Of a stretch of DNA of 64,000 nt, positions 30,253 to 41,920 are shown in pieces; the first letter of the stretch is position 1, and each line of letters begins with the position of its first letter. Made by a program: the position numbers and the translations under genes. Location: positions 353 to 64,352 of the forward strand of contig CAMWCA010000010.1 in NCBI GenBank assembly GCA_947172705.1. Reading direction: 5' to 3'. Source of the DNA: an uncultured Lachnospiraceae bacterium. Lineage in GTDB: Bacteria > Bacillota > Clostridia > Lachnospirales > Lachnospiraceae. The notes beneath the pieces are model-generated. The model made no database searches, was not told the DNA's origin, and worked only from the letters and a program-made list of their open reading frames with translations.

Positions 30253-31908
30253 ATGACAGATTTTAGCGATAAGGTGGTCTATCAGATATATCCCAAGTCT
30301 TTTCGGGATACCAATGGAGACGGCTTTGGGGATATCCCCGGGGTGATTGAGAAATTAGATTATTTGCAGGAATTGGGAGTAGATTATCTTTGGCTGACGC
30401 CGTTTTTTCCTTCACCCCAGAGAGATAACGGATATGATGTGGCGGATTACCGGAGCATCAATCCAAAGTTTGGAACCATGGAAGACCTGGAGAATTTAAT
30501 TCACCAGAGTAAAGAGCGTGGCATGGGGATCATGCTGGATATGGTGTTCAACCATACCTCCACAGAGCACGAATGGTTCCGGAAAGCGCTGGCAGGAGAC
30601 GAGACTTATCAAAAGTATTATATTTTCAGGGAGGGAGCGCCTGACCGCGCTCCCACAAACTGGAAATCAAAATTTGGCGGTCCGGCATGGGAATATGTGC
30701 CTGATCTGAAAAAGTGGTACCTGCGCCTGTATGATGTGACCCAGGCGGATCTGAACTGGGATAATCCGAAAGTGAGGGAGGAATTAAAAGAAATCCTTCG
30801 ATTCTGGAAACAAAAAGGCATCAGGGCATTCCGGTTTGACGTGATCAATCTGGTCTCCAAGCCGGAACGGATGGAAGATGATTTTGAAGGAGATGGACGC
30901 AGATTTTACAGCGATGGACCCCACATACACGAATATCTGAAAGAGCTGGTTATGGATGCAGGGATAGAGGATTTCGTGACGGTGGGCGAAATGTCCTCCA
31001 CATCCCTGGCGCATTGCATCCGCTATTCTGCGCCCAGGGAAAAAGAGCTTTCCATGTGCTTCAATTTCCATCATTTGAAAGTGGATTACAGAGATGGAGA
31101 TAAATGGGCGCTTAAAGAGGTGGATTATAAGAAATTAAAGGAACTATTTATAGAATGGCAGATGGGAATGCAGCAGGGGGACGGATGGAATGCGTTGTTC
31201 TGGTGTAACCATGACCAGCCCCGCATTGTGAGCAGGATGGGGGACGAGGATGTTTACTGGAAGGAATCGGCGAAAATGCTTGCCGGCATGATTCATTTGA
31301 TGCGCGGTACTCCATATATTTATCAGGGAGAAGAGATCGGAATGCTGAATGCCCATTATCCTTCCATAGAGCAGTATCGGGACATAGAAAGCCTGAATTA
31401 TTATCAGATTCTGCTGAAAGAAGGAAAGACCAGGGAAGAAGCCCTTGAAACTCTGGCGGCAAGATCACGGGATAACAGCAGAACCCCCATGCAGTGGAAT
31501 GGGGAAAGGTATGGGGGATTTTCCGAAGAAGAACCGTGGATTCCCATGTCTGAAAAATTCAGAAAAGAGATCACAGTAGAAGCACAGCGAAACGACGATG
31601 ATTCCATCCTTTCTTTTTACAAAAAGCTGATCGCCATGAGAAAAAAATATCCGGTGATCGCAAAAGGGGAAATTTCCTTTTGGGAAACAGAAACGGATAT
31701 GACGCTGGTATACCGGAGAACCCTTGGGGAACAGCAGATCCTTGTGCTCAGTAATCTTGACGGGAAGAAACAGAATATAAAAATTCCTGGAGAGTGGAGG
31801 GATTGGGAGGTATTGCTGGAGAATTATAAAGGCAGGAAAACGCCTGTGGAAGAAGTGTATACCATGGAACCTTATGAATTTATGGTTCTTGGGAATGGTA
31901 TCGGCTAA
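30253..31908 (+). CDS. treC: Trehalose-6-phosphate hydrolase (GH13)
   Basis: YQIYPKSF, DNGYDV, FRFDVIN, NHDQPR, YQGEEIG, SRDNSRTPMQW. Confidence 0.95.
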   Translation: MTDFSDKVVYQIYPKSFRDTNGDGFGDIPGVIEKLDYLQELGVDYLWLTPFFPSPQRDNGYDVADYRSINPKFGTMEDLENLIHQSKERGMGIMLDMVFNHTSTEHEWFRKALAGDETYQKYYIFREGAPDRAPTNWKSKFGGPAWEYVPDLKKWYLRLYDVTQADLNWDNPKVREELKEILRFWKQKGIRAFRFDVINLVSKPERMEDDFEGDGRRFYSDGPHIHEYLKELVMDAGIEDFVTVGEMSSTSLAHCIRYSAPREKELSMCFNFHHLKVDYRDGDKWALKEVDYKKLKELFIEWQMGMQQGDGWNALFWCNHDQPRIVSRMGDEDVYWKESAKMLAGMIHLMRGTPYIYQGEEIGMLNAHYPSIEQYRDIESLNYYQILLKEGKTREEALETLAARSRDNSRTPMQWNGERYGGFSEEEPWIPMSEKFRKEITVEAQRNDDDSILSFYKKLIAMRKKYPVIAKGEISFWETETDMTLVYRRTLGEQQILVLSNLDGKKQNIKIPGEWRDWEVLLENYKGRKTPVEEVYTMEPYEFMVLGNGIG

Positions 31909-32009
31909 AAACAGGATGGATCGGGGACGGGAACGGCTTGCAAAGCGCTGGGAGGAACAGTGTGTCCCCCCCTGATGTGTGTCTGAACTGTACAACGATG
32001 CATTTGACA

Positions 32010-32047
32010 ATATCGTAAAGGCAAGGTAGTATTTGCCTTTACGATAT
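32010..32047 (+). terminator. 15-bp perfect inverted repeat, probable treBC terminator
   Basis: ATATCGTAAAGGCAA-N8-TTGCCTTTACGATAT followed by an AT run. Confidence 0.6.
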
Positions 32048-32200
32048 ATTTATATGTATAATATGATGTGGGTGTCAAAAGCCCTGGCTGGGGAGTGCGC
32101 CTGGCAATCTGCACAAAAAAGTTGTGCGCCTTCCATTGCGCGGAGCATTCCGATGAGCCTCTGAAAACGAAAATCGTGTTCAGCAGCATGGAGGATTATT

Positions 32201-32755
32201 ATGGAATATACATGGAATGATATCGAACAGCACATTAACGAATGTACCCGCTGCCCTCTTAGCGGAACCAGGCATCTTCCTGTTATGGGGCGGGGAAGCC
32301 ATCAGGCGGGTCTTATGGTGATTGCCGAAGCGCCCAGCAGGCAGGAAGACCAGCAGGGGATTCCCTTCGTGGGAAAGTCAGGGGAGATCCTGGACCGCCT
32401 TTTAGGGGACTGTGGTCTGAATCGGAAGGATATCTACATCACCAACATTTTAAAATGTCATCCTCCGGGCAATCGTGACCCCAGGGAGGAGGAGAAGGAA
32501 GCCTGCTTTCCGTATCTGAAATATGAAACATTTTTATTAAAACCCAAAGTGATCGTCTGTCTTGGACGTGTGGCTGCCCAGCGCATCATTTCCCCGGATT
32601 TCAAAATCACCAGACAGCATGGCACATGGACATATCGGAAAAACTGCGGGCTGACGGCAACGTACCATCCCTCAGCCATTTTGCGGGATCCCTCCAAGTA
32701 TGAGATTGTGAAACAGGACTTTCTTGAAATTGCCCAAAAACTGGCTGGATTGTGA
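32201..32755 (+). CDS. Uracil-DNA glycosylase, family 4 ([4Fe-4S])
   Basis: CxxC, AEAP..ED..G.PFVG, KC.PP.NR.P, TYHPS. Confidence 0.93.
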   Translation: MEYTWNDIEQHINECTRCPLSGTRHLPVMGRGSHQAGLMVIAEAPSRQEDQQGIPFVGKSGEILDRLLGDCGLNRKDIYITNILKCHPPGNRDPREEEKEACFPYLKYETFLLKPKVIVCLGRVAAQRIISPDFKITRQHGTWTYRKNCGLTATYHPSAILRDPSKYEIVKQDFLEIAQKLAGL

Positions 32756-32864
32756 TCAAATTGGAAATAAATTCATAATTAAGGATAGGCAAAGCAGTAG
32801 AAAAGATGTTATAATATTTGTTGAAAAAAATGGAGTAAAATACTAAATACAATAGGAGGATAAC

Positions 32865-34205
32865 GTGAAACAGATTATATGGAATGACAGATATAAGCTT
32901 GGCGTTGACTTTATTGATAAGGAACACAAGCTGCTTTTTACAACCATGGATAAGCTTTTAAAGCTTAGTGAAAATGAAGATAAGAGCGAATGGGTGTGCC
33001 GGGAGGGAGTAAAATATTTAAAAAACCACTCTTTGGTGCATTTTGAGCATGAAGAAGAATATATGCGGTCCATCAATTACAGTGAGTACGAGGTACATAG
33101 GCGTCTGCATGCGGATTTCCGCGATAAGACGCTGCCTGCGCTTGAGAAGGAAATGGAAGAGTCGAATTATTCCACGGAATCTATTCGGCATTTTTTAGGT
33201 GTCTGCATCGGATGGGTGGTTGCCCATACGCTGACAGAGGATCTGGCAATTGTGGGAAGGGGAAGGAGCAAATGGACGGATATACCTCATGAGAAGGAAC
33301 AGGAGGCAATGGAGCAGACTATCCTTCAGCTGCTTCAGGAGATGTTCCAGTTGAAGGCGAGGATGATCAGCGAACAGTATGCAGGAGAGAATTTTGGAAA
33401 GATTATCTGCTGCCGTTTTGTTTATCGTGGAGAAAAAAAGGAAAAATGGGAGGTTACTCTTGTTTTTGAGGAGCAGCTTCTTCTTAAGGTTGCAGGAAAT
33501 ATATTTAATACAGAGTATAAAAAAATTGACGAAATGGTGATCCATATCGGCAGGTATATTTCGAGACAGTTTATGGAGCGTGTCAGGGAAAGCTTCGCCG
33601 CATTGGCGCAATTTGAACTGGAGAAGGAGAGTCTGCTGACTCAGGAACAGCTTTTAAGCTCCTTTGATCGTGTACAACCGTCCCACAGTCTGCTGTTTGA
33701 CATCGGGGAGGGGTATTTTGGATTTTGCGCGGCATCTGCAAATTCTATCCGCGGTAAGATGGTGGCGGATGTTAACCCGGAAAATGCCATGGAAACCATC
33801 AAGGAATATCTGGTAAATGAGAAGGCATCCTGGAAGGAACGTAAGCAAAAAATTCTGGTGGTGGATGATTCCGAATTTATCCGGAAAAAGATTGCAAAGC
33901 TTTTTGAAGAGGATTACGAGGTGACAGAGGTGGGTTCCAGTATTTCCGCGATCCAGAGCATTACGGTAAACAGACCCGATCTGGTTCTGCTGGATTATGA
34001 GATGCCTGTCTGTGATGGAAGACAGACCCTGGAAATGATTCGTTCAGAGAAAGCTACGGCGAATATTCCCGTTATTTTCCTTACCGGAAGAGGGGACAGG
34101 GAGAGCGTAAAGAAGGTTATGTCATTGAAACCGGAGGGGTATCTTTTAAAAACCATGCCGGAGGAGGAGATCAAAAAAATCGTTGACGATTTTATGAAAA
34201 AATAA
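32865..34205 (+). CDS. Hemerythrin / CheX-like / response-regulator receiver fusion
   Basis: IDKEH, HFEHEE, HRRLH, HTLTED iron ligands; C-terminal VVDD...LLDYEMP...LTG...K receiver. Confidence 0.85.
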   Translation: MKQIIWNDRYKLGVDFIDKEHKLLFTTMDKLLKLSENEDKSEWVCREGVKYLKNHSLVHFEHEEEYMRSINYSEYEVHRRLHADFRDKTLPALEKEMEESNYSTESIRHFLGVCIGWVVAHTLTEDLAIVGRGRSKWTDIPHEKEQEAMEQTILQLLQEMFQLKARMISEQYAGENFGKIICCRFVYRGEKKEKWEVTLVFEEQLLLKVAGNIFNTEYKKIDEMVIHIGRYISRQFMERVRESFAALAQFELEKESLLTQEQLLSSFDRVQPSHSLLFDIGEGYFGFCAASANSIRGKMVADVNPENAMETIKEYLVNEKASWKERKQKILVVDDSEFIRKKIAKLFEEDYEVTEVGSSISAIQSITVNRPDLVLLDYEMPVCDGRQTLEMIRSEKATANIPVIFLTGRGDRESVKKVMSLKPEGYLLKTMPEEEIKKIVDDFMKK

Positions 34206-34223
34206 AGAAAGAAGGGAACGGAG

Positions 34224-36233
34224 ATGGAACGAGCAAAAAATGTAAAAACCAAAGCCGGCGGTGCAAGGCGCCGGGGGCTTGGAATTACGGTAAAACTGGT
34301 GGCGGCTATTGTTGTGAGCGTAATTATTGCAGTGGCGGCGCTGCTGGCGGTAGTCTATGACAGGATGTCGCAGACGCTTTTGCAGAAAAGTGAGGAAATG
34401 CTGCAGGTCACCACTGAGAGAACGCTGCAGGAAACCAGGGCATGGATGAACCGGACGCTTACCATGCTGGAAACCCAGAGAGATACCATCGAATATGAAG
34501 ATATGAGCATTTCGGGGATGGTAGAATATATCAAGCATACGGTAGGGCAGAACGATGCGTATCCGGCGGGATTGTATGTTGCCCTGACAGACGGATCGCT
34601 GTATCATGCATCCTTTGTGCCGGGACCGGAGTTTAACGCACTGGAAAAAAGCTGGTATATCAATGGGCTTGATTCCGAAGAATTTATATTGGGGGATGTA
34701 TATTTTGACGAAGACAGCCAGTCTTACGTGGTAGGAGCCTCTGGCGTGTTAAAAAGTAAAAACGGAACGGTAAGGGGCGTTGCGGCGGCGGATGTGTACC
34801 TGGATTCTATCTCCAATATTGTCAAAAGTATTCAGATCGAGGACAACGGCGGCGTGTTCCTTGTCGACACCCGTACAGACACCATTATCGGGCATAGAGA
34901 CGAAGGGATAGTTGGAGAAAAGCTGAGTGAAGCTGAGGGCGATATGTATGCCTACGCAGAAGAACAGATAAAAGCCGGGAAGACAGGGTTAAGCCTTTAT
35001 AAAGATACCTATATTCATGTGGCAAAGATTGAGGGAAGCGATTGGACGGCGGTGGCATATGTGTCCAAGGATGAGGTGCTCTCAGAGCTTCACGATCTGA
35101 CTGTAACCATGATAGTGGTGTCGGTTATCGCAGTGTTTGTATTGATGCTGCTTGTGATCATTCAGACACGGCGGATCATTGGCAGACCTGTAAAAGAACT
35201 GAGCAGGGTTGCCACCCGGATCGCAGAGGGCGAGCTGGATCAGACCATTCGTTACAAATCCAGGGACGAACTGGGAGTGCTTGCCCATGATTTTAATCAG
35301 GTTACCTTAAGACTGCGCGAATACATAAAATATATCAACGAAATTGCAGATACTTTACGGGAGATTGCAAGGGGAAATCTTGCCTTTGTGCTGGAAAGCG
35401 AATATACCGGCGAGTTTGCAAAGATTAAAGCTTCGCTGGAGGAGATTTCGGTTAAGCTGAACGGAACCATGGGACAGCTGAGGGTTTCTTCCAGGGATGT
35501 TGCCGCCGGTGCGGCGCAGGTTTCCGACAGTGCGGTGCGTTTGTCACAGGGCTCTACGGAGCAGGCGGCTGAGGTAGAGGCGCTGGCGGGACACATTGGC
35601 GAAGTGTCTGACAGCGTGGAAAAGATCTCTCAGGGAGCCCAGAAGGCAAGCAGTATTTCCAAGGAAGTCAGACAGGGATTGCTGGAAAGCAATACCAAAA
35701 TGGAGAATATGACGGAAGTCATTCAAAAGATAAGCGACAGATCCAATGAGATACACAAGATCGTTAAGACCATTGACGATATTGCATTCCAGACCAATAT
35801 TCTTGCCCTTAATGCAGCCGTGGAGGCGGCGCGTGCCGGAGAGGCAGGAAAAGGATTTGCAGTGGTGGCGGATGAGGTTCGGACTTTGGCCGGCAGATCG
35901 GCGGCAGCGGCAAAGGAGACCACAGAGCTTTTGGGAGAAACCATAAGCTCCATGGAAGAGGGCGTTACAGCAGCTGACGATACTGCAAAATCCATGTTGT
36001 CAGCGGCGAAGCTTGCAGAGGAAATGGATAACTTGATAGGCGGCATTGCCAATTATACAAAGCAGCAGGCGGTCACAGCGGCGGAGATCAGCCATGGAAT
36101 CGACCAGATTGCAGTGGTGGTTCAGGAAAACGTGGCTACAGCGGAATCCAGCGCTGCGGCAAGCGAGGAATTATCAGGACAGGCGGCGGCATTGCGGGAG
36201 CTGGTTTCCAAATTCCGGTTGAAAAATTATTAA
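34224..36233 (+). CDS. Methyl-accepting chemotaxis protein (Cache-HAMP-MA)
   Basis: Two TM segments, [38 protein letters not shown]. Confidence 0.97.
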   Translation: MERAKNVKTKAGGARRRGLGITVKLVAAIVVSVIIAVAALLAVVYDRMSQTLLQKSEEMLQVTTERTLQETRAWMNRTLTMLETQRDTIEYEDMSISGMVEYIKHTVGQNDAYPAGLYVALTDGSLYHASFVPGPEFNALEKSWYINGLDSEEFILGDVYFDEDSQSYVVGASGVLKSKNGTVRGVAAADVYLDSISNIVKSIQIEDNGGVFLVDTRTDTIIGHRDEGIVGEKLSEAEGDMYAYAEEQIKAGKTGLSLYKDTYIHVAKIEGSDWTAVAYVSKDEVLSELHDLTVTMIVVSVIAVFVLMLLVIIQTRRIIGRPVKELSRVATRIAEGELDQTIRYKSRDELGVLAHDFNQVTLRLREYIKYINEIADTLREIARGNLAFVLESEYTGEFAKIKASLEEISVKLNGTMGQLRVSSRDVAAGAAQVSDSAVRLSQGSTEQAAEVEALAGHIGEVSDSVEKISQGAQKASSISKEVRQGLLESNTKMENMTEVIQKISDRSNEIHKIVKTIDDIAFQTNILALNAAVEAARAGEAGKGFAVVADEVRTLAGRSAAAAKETTELLGETISSMEEGVTAADDTAKSMLSAAKLAEEMDNLIGGIANYTKQQAVTAAEISHGIDQIAVVVQENVATAESSAAASEELSGQAAALRELVSKFRLKNY

Positions 36234-36311
36234 GCTATTTTGTATTTGTCAAAATGTTCAAAATACTTTATAAAAAAGCTGAATTGTTCTATAAGAGTGG
36301 ATTTGACTGGC

Positions 36312-36344
36312 AAGGGGAGTGGCGGATGCCTGCTCCCCTTTTTT
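36312..36344 (+). terminator. Intrinsic terminator after the MCP gene
   Basis: AAGGGGAG...CTCCCCTT stem plus T tract. Confidence 0.75.
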
Positions 36345-36476
36345 CTTACAATAAGCCGGATGGCGAAGCATGGCAGCGTTTGCTTCCGGCAAATTAAGAG
36401 CGCCTGAGGCGGAGGGAATACCTTATGGCAAAGGGCAGCGTTGGAAGGAACAGAAATAGAAGAACAGGAGATGGGT

Positions 36477-37253
36477 ATGAAGAATTATTCTGAAGATGCA
36501 AGCAGACAATATCATATACAGGTGGCAAAGGGAGAGGTAGGACGGTATGTGATCATGCCCGGAGATCCCAAACGGTGTGTGAAGATCGCCCAATATTTTG
36601 ATGATCCGGTTATGATCGCTGACAACAGAGAGTATATTACCTATACGGGAACGCTGGACGGGGTAAAGGTCAGCGTGACTTCCACAGGAATCGGCGGTCC
36701 CTCCGCCTCCATTGCCATGGAAGAACTGTATCGGTGCGGCGCGGACACCTTTGTCCGGATTGGAACTTGCGGAGGGATGCAGACGGAGGTGAAAAGCGGT
36801 GATGTTGTAATTGCCACCGGCGCCATCCGCATGGAAGGCACCAGCAGGGAATATGCGCCTATGGAGTTTCCGGCAGTGGCGGATCTTTCCATCACCAACG
36901 CTCTTGTTGGGGCGGCAAGGAAAAAGGGTTTTCCCTTTCATACGGGCATTGTACAGTGCAAGGACTCATTTTATGGGCAGCATGAACCGGAGGTAAAGCC
37001 GGTAAGCTATGAGCTGCTTCAGAAGTGGGAGGCATGGAAACGGCTTGGCTGTCTTGCCTCTGAAATGGAGTCGGCGGCGTTGTTTGTGGTGGCAAGCAGT
37101 CTGGGCGTGCGTGCAGGTTCCTGTTTTCTGGTGGTGGCAAATCAGGAAAGAGAAAAGCAGGGGCTGGAAAACCCGGTGGTACACGACACGGATATGGCGG
37201 TTCAGGTGGCGGTTGAGGCAGTCCGCACCTTGATCAGGGAAGATGGGAAGTAA
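36477..37253 (+). CDS. udp: Uridine phosphorylase
   Basis: [33 protein letters not shown]. Confidence 0.95.
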   Translation: MKNYSEDASRQYHIQVAKGEVGRYVIMPGDPKRCVKIAQYFDDPVMIADNREYITYTGTLDGVKVSVTSTGIGGPSASIAMEELYRCGADTFVRIGTCGGMQTEVKSGDVVIATGAIRMEGTSREYAPMEFPAVADLSITNALVGAARKKGFPFHTGIVQCKDSFYGQHEPEVKPVSYELLQKWEAWKRLGCLASEMESAALFVVASSLGVRAGSCFLVVANQEREKQGLENPVVHDTDMAVQVAVEAVRTLIREDGK

Positions 37254-37276
37254 GAAAAGCAAGGGAGAAAAAGTGA

Positions 37277-37942
37277 ATGGATGTAAAAGAAATTTTAAAG
37301 CATGTAGACCATACGCTGCTTTTACAGACGGCAACCTGGGAGGAGATCAAACAGATCTGCGATGATGCCGTCAAATACGGGACAGCGTCTGTCTGCATTC
37401 CCCCCAGCTATGTAAAGCAGGCAGGGGAATATGTACAGGGGAAAATGGCGATCTGCACGGTGATCGGTTTTCCCAACGGATATATGACCACGAAAACAAA
37501 GGAATTTGAGACCCGTGATGCCATTGCAAACGGAGCCTCAGAGATCGACATGGTGGTCAATATAGGATGGATGAAGGATAGAAAGTATGAGTTGATCGAG
37601 GAAGAGATCCGTACCCTGAAAGGGGCATGTGGGGAAAAGCTTTTGAAGGTGATCATCGAAACCTGCCTTTTGACTCGGGAGGAAAAAATTAAAATGTGTG
37701 AGCTGGTGACCAGAGGCGGAGCGGATTACATTAAGACCTCCACAGGTTTTTCCACCGCAGGGGCTACCTTTGAGGATGTGCAGTTGTTTGCAGAGCATGT
37801 AGGCGAGGGAGTAAAGATCAAGGCGGCGGGAGGAATTGCCTCCATGGAGGATGCGGAAAAGTTTCTTACCCTTGGAGCCGACCGCCTGGGAACCAGCCGG
37901 ATTATTAAGCTGGTAAAAAAGGAAGAGGCGTCAGGCTATTAG
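37277..37942 (+). CDS. deoC: Deoxyribose-phosphate aldolase
   Basis: DHTLL, VIGFP.G, EIDMV, KTSTGF, KAAGG, RLGTS. Confidence 0.97.
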   Translation: MDVKEILKHVDHTLLLQTATWEEIKQICDDAVKYGTASVCIPPSYVKQAGEYVQGKMAICTVIGFPNGYMTTKTKEFETRDAIANGASEIDMVVNIGWMKDRKYELIEEEIRTLKGACGEKLLKVIIETCLLTREEKIKMCELVTRGGADYIKTSTGFSTAGATFEDVQLFAEHVGEGVKIKAAGGIASMEDAEKFLTLGADRLGTSRIIKLVKKEEASGY

Positions 37943-37968
37943 AAAGAATAAAACCGGGAGGAAAAAGG

Positions 37969-38388
37969 ATGGATGGTAAACTTGCAGAAGAAATGATCGA
38001 TCTGGCAATAGAGCAGCTTCAATATTCTTATGCCCCCTATTCAGGCTTTAAAGTGGGTGCGGCGCTTTTGACCAAAAGGGGGAAGATATACACAGGATGC
38101 AACATTGAAAACGCGGCATATTCGCCTGCCAACTGTGCAGAGAGAACCGCTTTTTTCAAAGCGGTCAGCGAGGGGGAAAGAGAGTTTTCGGCAATTTGTA
38201 TTGTGGGCGGCAAGGATGGCGTTCTGACTGAGTATACCGCTCCCTGCGGGGTGTGCAGGCAGGTGATGATGGAATTTTGCGACCCTGCAGCCTTTCAGAT
38301 TATTCTGGCTGCCGGCAAAGAGCAATATGAAATCTTTACTTTAAAAGAACTGCTTCCAAAAGGATTTGGTCCCGGCAATCTGGCATAA
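37969..38388 (+). CDS. cdd: Cytidine deaminase
   Basis: APYS.F.VGAA, CAER, PCGVCRQ. Confidence 0.97.
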   Translation: MDGKLAEEMIDLAIEQLQYSYAPYSGFKVGAALLTKRGKIYTGCNIENAAYSPANCAERTAFFKAVSEGEREFSAICIVGGKDGVLTEYTAPCGVCRQVMMEFCDPAAFQIILAAGKEQYEIFTLKELLPKGFGPGNLA

Positions 38389-38433
38389 GCGGCAGATCAG
38401 GGAAAGGATTATAAATAGGAGGTGACAGGTGAA

Positions 38434-39624
38434 ATGAATGAATATAAAAGAATTTTTGTGATTGTATTGGATTCTCTGGGGATTGGCGCAATGCCCGATT
38501 CTCCCCGATTTGGCGACGAAGGGGTGGATACTCTGGGACATATTCTGGAGAAAATGGGCACATTGGACATTCCCAATTTGAGAAAGCTGGGGCTGTTGAA
38601 CCTTCACAAAGCAGGAAAAATGGAAGGCGTAGAGAAGCCCCTTGGACGTTTTATGCGCCTGGGGGAGACCAGCAACGGGAAGGATACCATGACAGGGCAC
38701 TGGGAAATGATGGGCATTAAAACCGAAAAGCCCTTTAAGACCTTTACGGACACAGGCTTTCCGCCGGAGCTGATAGAGGAGCTGGAAAAGCAGTGTGGGA
38801 AAAAGGTGATCGGCAATAAAAGCGCCAGCGGAACGGAGATCATAGAGGAGCTCGGAGAGGAAGAAATAAGCACAGGGGCAATGATCGTTTATACCTCTGC
38901 GGATTCGGTGCTTCAGATCTGCGGCAACGAGGAAACCTTTGATCTGGAAAATCTGTACCGCTGCTGTGAGATCGCAAGGCAGATCACCATGAAAGACGAA
39001 TGGCGTGTGGGAAGAGTCATTGCAAGACCTTATGTGGGAAAGAAAAAGGGAGAGTTTAAACGTACCAGCAACCGCCACGACTATGCCCTAAAGCCTACAG
39101 GGCTTACGGTTCTAAACGCGCTGGAGGAGAATGGACTGGATGTGATCGGCGTTGGAAAGATTCACGATATTTTCTGCGGGGAGGGGATTACCCAGACCTA
39201 CCATTCCGACAGCTCTGTGCATGGCATGGAACAGACCATTGAGATCTGCAGGAAGGATTTCCATGGGTTGTGTTTTGTGAATCTGGTGGATTTTGACGCT
39301 CTGTGGGGGCACCGCAGAAATGTAGAGGGGTATGCCAGAGAGATCGAGAAGTTTGACCGGAACCTGGGGACACTGCTGGAGGAGCTGACCGATGAGGATC
39401 TGTTGATTCTGACGGCGGATCACGGAAACGACCCTACCTACAGCGGCACAGACCACACCAGAGAATATGTCCCCTTTGTGGCATATGCCCCCAAAATGAA
39501 ATCGGGGGGAGCATTGGAAAATGAAGATACCTTTGCTGTGATCGGAGCATCTATTGCCGAAAACTTCGGCGTTCCCATGCCGGAGGGAACCATTGGCAGT
39601 TCTATTTTAAAGAAGCTGGTTTAA
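38434..39624 (+). CDS. deoB: Phosphopentomutase
   Basis: [37 protein letters not shown]. Confidence 0.97.
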   Translation: MNEYKRIFVIVLDSLGIGAMPDSPRFGDEGVDTLGHILEKMGTLDIPNLRKLGLLNLHKAGKMEGVEKPLGRFMRLGETSNGKDTMTGHWEMMGIKTEKPFKTFTDTGFPPELIEELEKQCGKKVIGNKSASGTEIIEELGEEEISTGAMIVYTSADSVLQICGNEETFDLENLYRCCEIARQITMKDEWRVGRVIARPYVGKKKGEFKRTSNRHDYALKPTGLTVLNALEENGLDVIGVGKIHDIFCGEGITQTYHSDSSVHGMEQTIEICRKDFHGLCFVNLVDFDALWGHRRNVEGYAREIEKFDRNLGTLLEELTDEDLLILTADHGNDPTYSGTDHTREYVPFVAYAPKMKSGGALENEDTFAVIGASIAENFGVPMPEGTIGSSILKKLV

Positions 39625-39763
39625 AAAGGCGTCATTGCAGAAGCAGATGAAGAATTTGCTGAAGCAATGGCGCTTTTTTTGAAAGCGGACTATCTTTTTT
39701 GGATAAGGTAACGTTATGATAGATAGAAAGCGCTTTTGAAACAAGTAGGAAAGGAGGAAAAGC

Positions 39764-40291
39764 ATGGGCGTAAATGTCGACCTGGACTTTCTTATTGTGC
39801 AGAAAATGCGCAGGGGAGATGAAAAGGCATTTGAAGATTTTGTGACAAAATATTATCCTGGCATTTTGAAATATTGCAGAATCCATGTAAAGGACTATGG
39901 CTACGCGGAAGATGTGGCACAGGAGACATTTATGCGGTTTTTCCAAACCTTAGACCGATACCGGCACTACGGAAAACTGGCAAATTATCTGTATGTGATT
40001 GCGGGAAACCTGTGTCTGGATTATCACAGGAAAAGAAAGGAAATTCCATTGGAGACATTGCCCGAGAGCCCTGCTCCTGCCGTTCCGGATCAGGAGGAGA
40101 GAATTGTGGTGGGAGAAGCTTTTGCCTGTCTGCCGGAGGAACTGAAGGAGACGGCTGTGCTGTTTTTCTGGCAGGGATGCAGACAGAAGGATATTGCAAG
40201 GATTCTGGGAATCAGCCTTTCTCTTGTGAAATATCGGGTCAGAAGATCAAAAGAACTGTTGACGGCTTACTTTGAAAAGGAGGGTCTATGA
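39764..40291 (+). CDS. ECF RNA polymerase sigma factor
   Basis: AEDVAQETF, YLY.IA.N...DY, IA..L.IS...VK.R. Confidence 0.92.
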   Translation: MGVNVDLDFLIVQKMRRGDEKAFEDFVTKYYPGILKYCRIHVKDYGYAEDVAQETFMRFFQTLDRYRHYGKLANYLYVIAGNLCLDYHRKRKEIPLETLPESPAPAVPDQEERIVVGEAFACLPEELKETAVLFFWQGCRQKDIARILGISLSLVKYRVRRSKELLTAYFEKEGL

Positions 40292-41058
40292 GATTATCCA
40301 ATAAAAAGATCAGAAAAAAGCTGAACGTGGAAAGCGGATGCAATGAAAAGAAAATGAAAGAGACGATTCGCAGGTCAAAAGAGTTTTTTTATGAGTGTCA
40401 GGCAAAGGAACTGATTTCCAGTGCGGAATTTCTGTATCAACAGAGCAGATATATCCGCAAATTCTGGTGGGTGCTTCAGGGCGCGCTTCTTCTTGTCCTG
40501 TGGTTTATGCTGGAGTTGACAGGAGGCAGCGCATATGAACGGAGATGTATGGGGATTGCCGCGCCTCTTTTTGCGCTGCTTTTGCTGCCTGAGCTGTGGA
40601 AAAACCGGAATGTCAATGCGCTGGAAATTGAAAGCGCTGCCTACTATTCTCTGCGGCAGATTTATGCGGCAAGAATGATACTGTTTGCCTTTGTAGATTT
40701 TCTTTTCCTTGGCATCTTTTTTCTGGCGGGGATTTCTACGGGAAGGCTGGATGCAGGGGAACTGATGATTCAGTTTTTTTTACCTTATCTTGTAACCTGT
40801 TGCATATGCTTTCGCACCCTGTACAGTTTCAGGAGCGGCTCCGAGGCGTTTGCCATACTGCTGTGTATTCTGTGGTGTGTGGTATGGGTTCAGCTTGTTT
40901 TGCGGGAACAGGTTTATCAGGCAGTTTCCACGCCGGCATGGATTTTAACCACAGGGGCGGCAGGGCTGTATCTTGGGTATTGTATTGTGAGAGGGCAGAA
41001 TCATTGCCTGGAAATATGGGAGGAAAAAAGTGAACGAGTTAAGAATTTCCGGAGTTAA
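40288..41058 (+). CDS. Membrane protein, possible anti-sigma factor or permease subunit
   Basis: Multiple TM segments; overlaps the ECF sigma stop codon. Confidence 0.6.
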   Translation: MRLSNKKIRKKLNVESGCNEKKMKETIRRSKEFFYECQAKELISSAEFLYQQSRYIRKFWWVLQGALLLVLWFMLELTGGSAYERRCMGIAAPLFALLLLPELWKNRNVNALEIESAAYYSLRQIYAARMILFAFVDFLFLGIFFLAGISTGRLDAGELMIQFFLPYLVTCCICFRTLYSFRSGSEAFAILLCILWCVVWVQLVLREQVYQAVSTPAWILTTGAAGLYLGYCIVRGQNHCLEIWEEKSERVKNFRS

Positions 41059-41920
41059 AAAAATGTTTAAAGGAGTAACGGCGGTGCGGGATGTGTCTTA
41101 TACCATGAACACAGGCGTTTATGGTCTTTTAGGCGTCAATGGTGCCGGAAAGACCACATTGCTGCGCATGCTGTGTACGCTTCTCAAGCCTACGGAAGGA
41201 ACCATTTCCTTTAATGGAGAGGATATCTTTCAAATGGACGGAGCCTATAGAAGAATACTGGGCTATCTGCCCCAGGAGTTTGGGTATTATCCTGACTTTA
41301 CAGTTTCTGAATATCTTATGTATATTGCGACTATCAAAGGCTTAAAAGCCGGAGCGGCAAAACATCGAATGAAGCAGCTGCTACAGCAGGTGGGAATGGA
41401 ACAGATGGCAAAGAAAAAAATGAAAACCTTGTCGGGAGGGATGAAGCGCCGGGTGGGAATCGCCCAGGCGATGCTGGGAGATCCCAGGATATTGATTTTG
41501 GATGAACCTACGGCGGGGCTGGACCCCAATGAGAGGATTCGCTTCCGCAATCTGATCAGCCAGCTTTCTGAAGAGAGACTGGTGCTTCTTTCCACGCATA
41601 TTGTGTCGGATGTGGAGTATATTGCAAATGAAATTCTTTTGATGAAAGAGGGAAGCATTGAGGCTTCCGGGACGTTGGAGCAATTGCTTAAGGGGATGCC
41701 GGAGCGGGTATGGAGCGTGCAGGCTTCCAAAAAGGAAGCGGAGCTTTACCGGAAAAAATATAAGGTGTCCAATATAAAGACGCTGCCGGAAGGCATAAAT
41801 CTGAGAGTGCTTGCCACCGAACCGCCATGTGAAAATGCAGTTATGGAAATGCCGGCGCTGGAAGATTTGTTTCTGGCTTATTTTGGAGAAAGCGTGGGTG
41901 AGATTGATGATTCGTTATGA
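41030..41920 (+). CDS. ABC exporter ATP-binding protein
   Basis: GVNGAGKT, LSGGMKRR, LDEPTAGLDP. Confidence 0.95.
   Translation: MNELRISGVKKMFKGVTAVRDVSYTMNTGVYGLLGVNGAGKTTLLRMLCTLLKPTEGTISFNGEDIFQMDGAYRRILGYLPQEFGYYPDFTVSEYLMYIATIKGLKAGAAKHRMKQLLQQVGMEQMAKKKMKTLSGGMKRRVGIAQAMLGDPRILILDEPTAGLDPNERIRFRNLISQLSEERLVLLSTHIVSDVEYIANEILLMKEGSIEASGTLEQLLKGMPERVWSVQASKKEAELYRKKYKVSNIKTLPEGINLRVLATEPPCENAVMEMPALEDLFLAYFGESVGEIDDSL

Noticed and set aside
32150..32175. CCGATGAG...GAAA hammerhead-like motif
   Set aside because: Core deviates from CUGAUGA and the required stems are not present.
39680..39740. Possible ECF promoter or cre-like site upstream of the sigma gene
   Set aside because: Matches are too weak to call.
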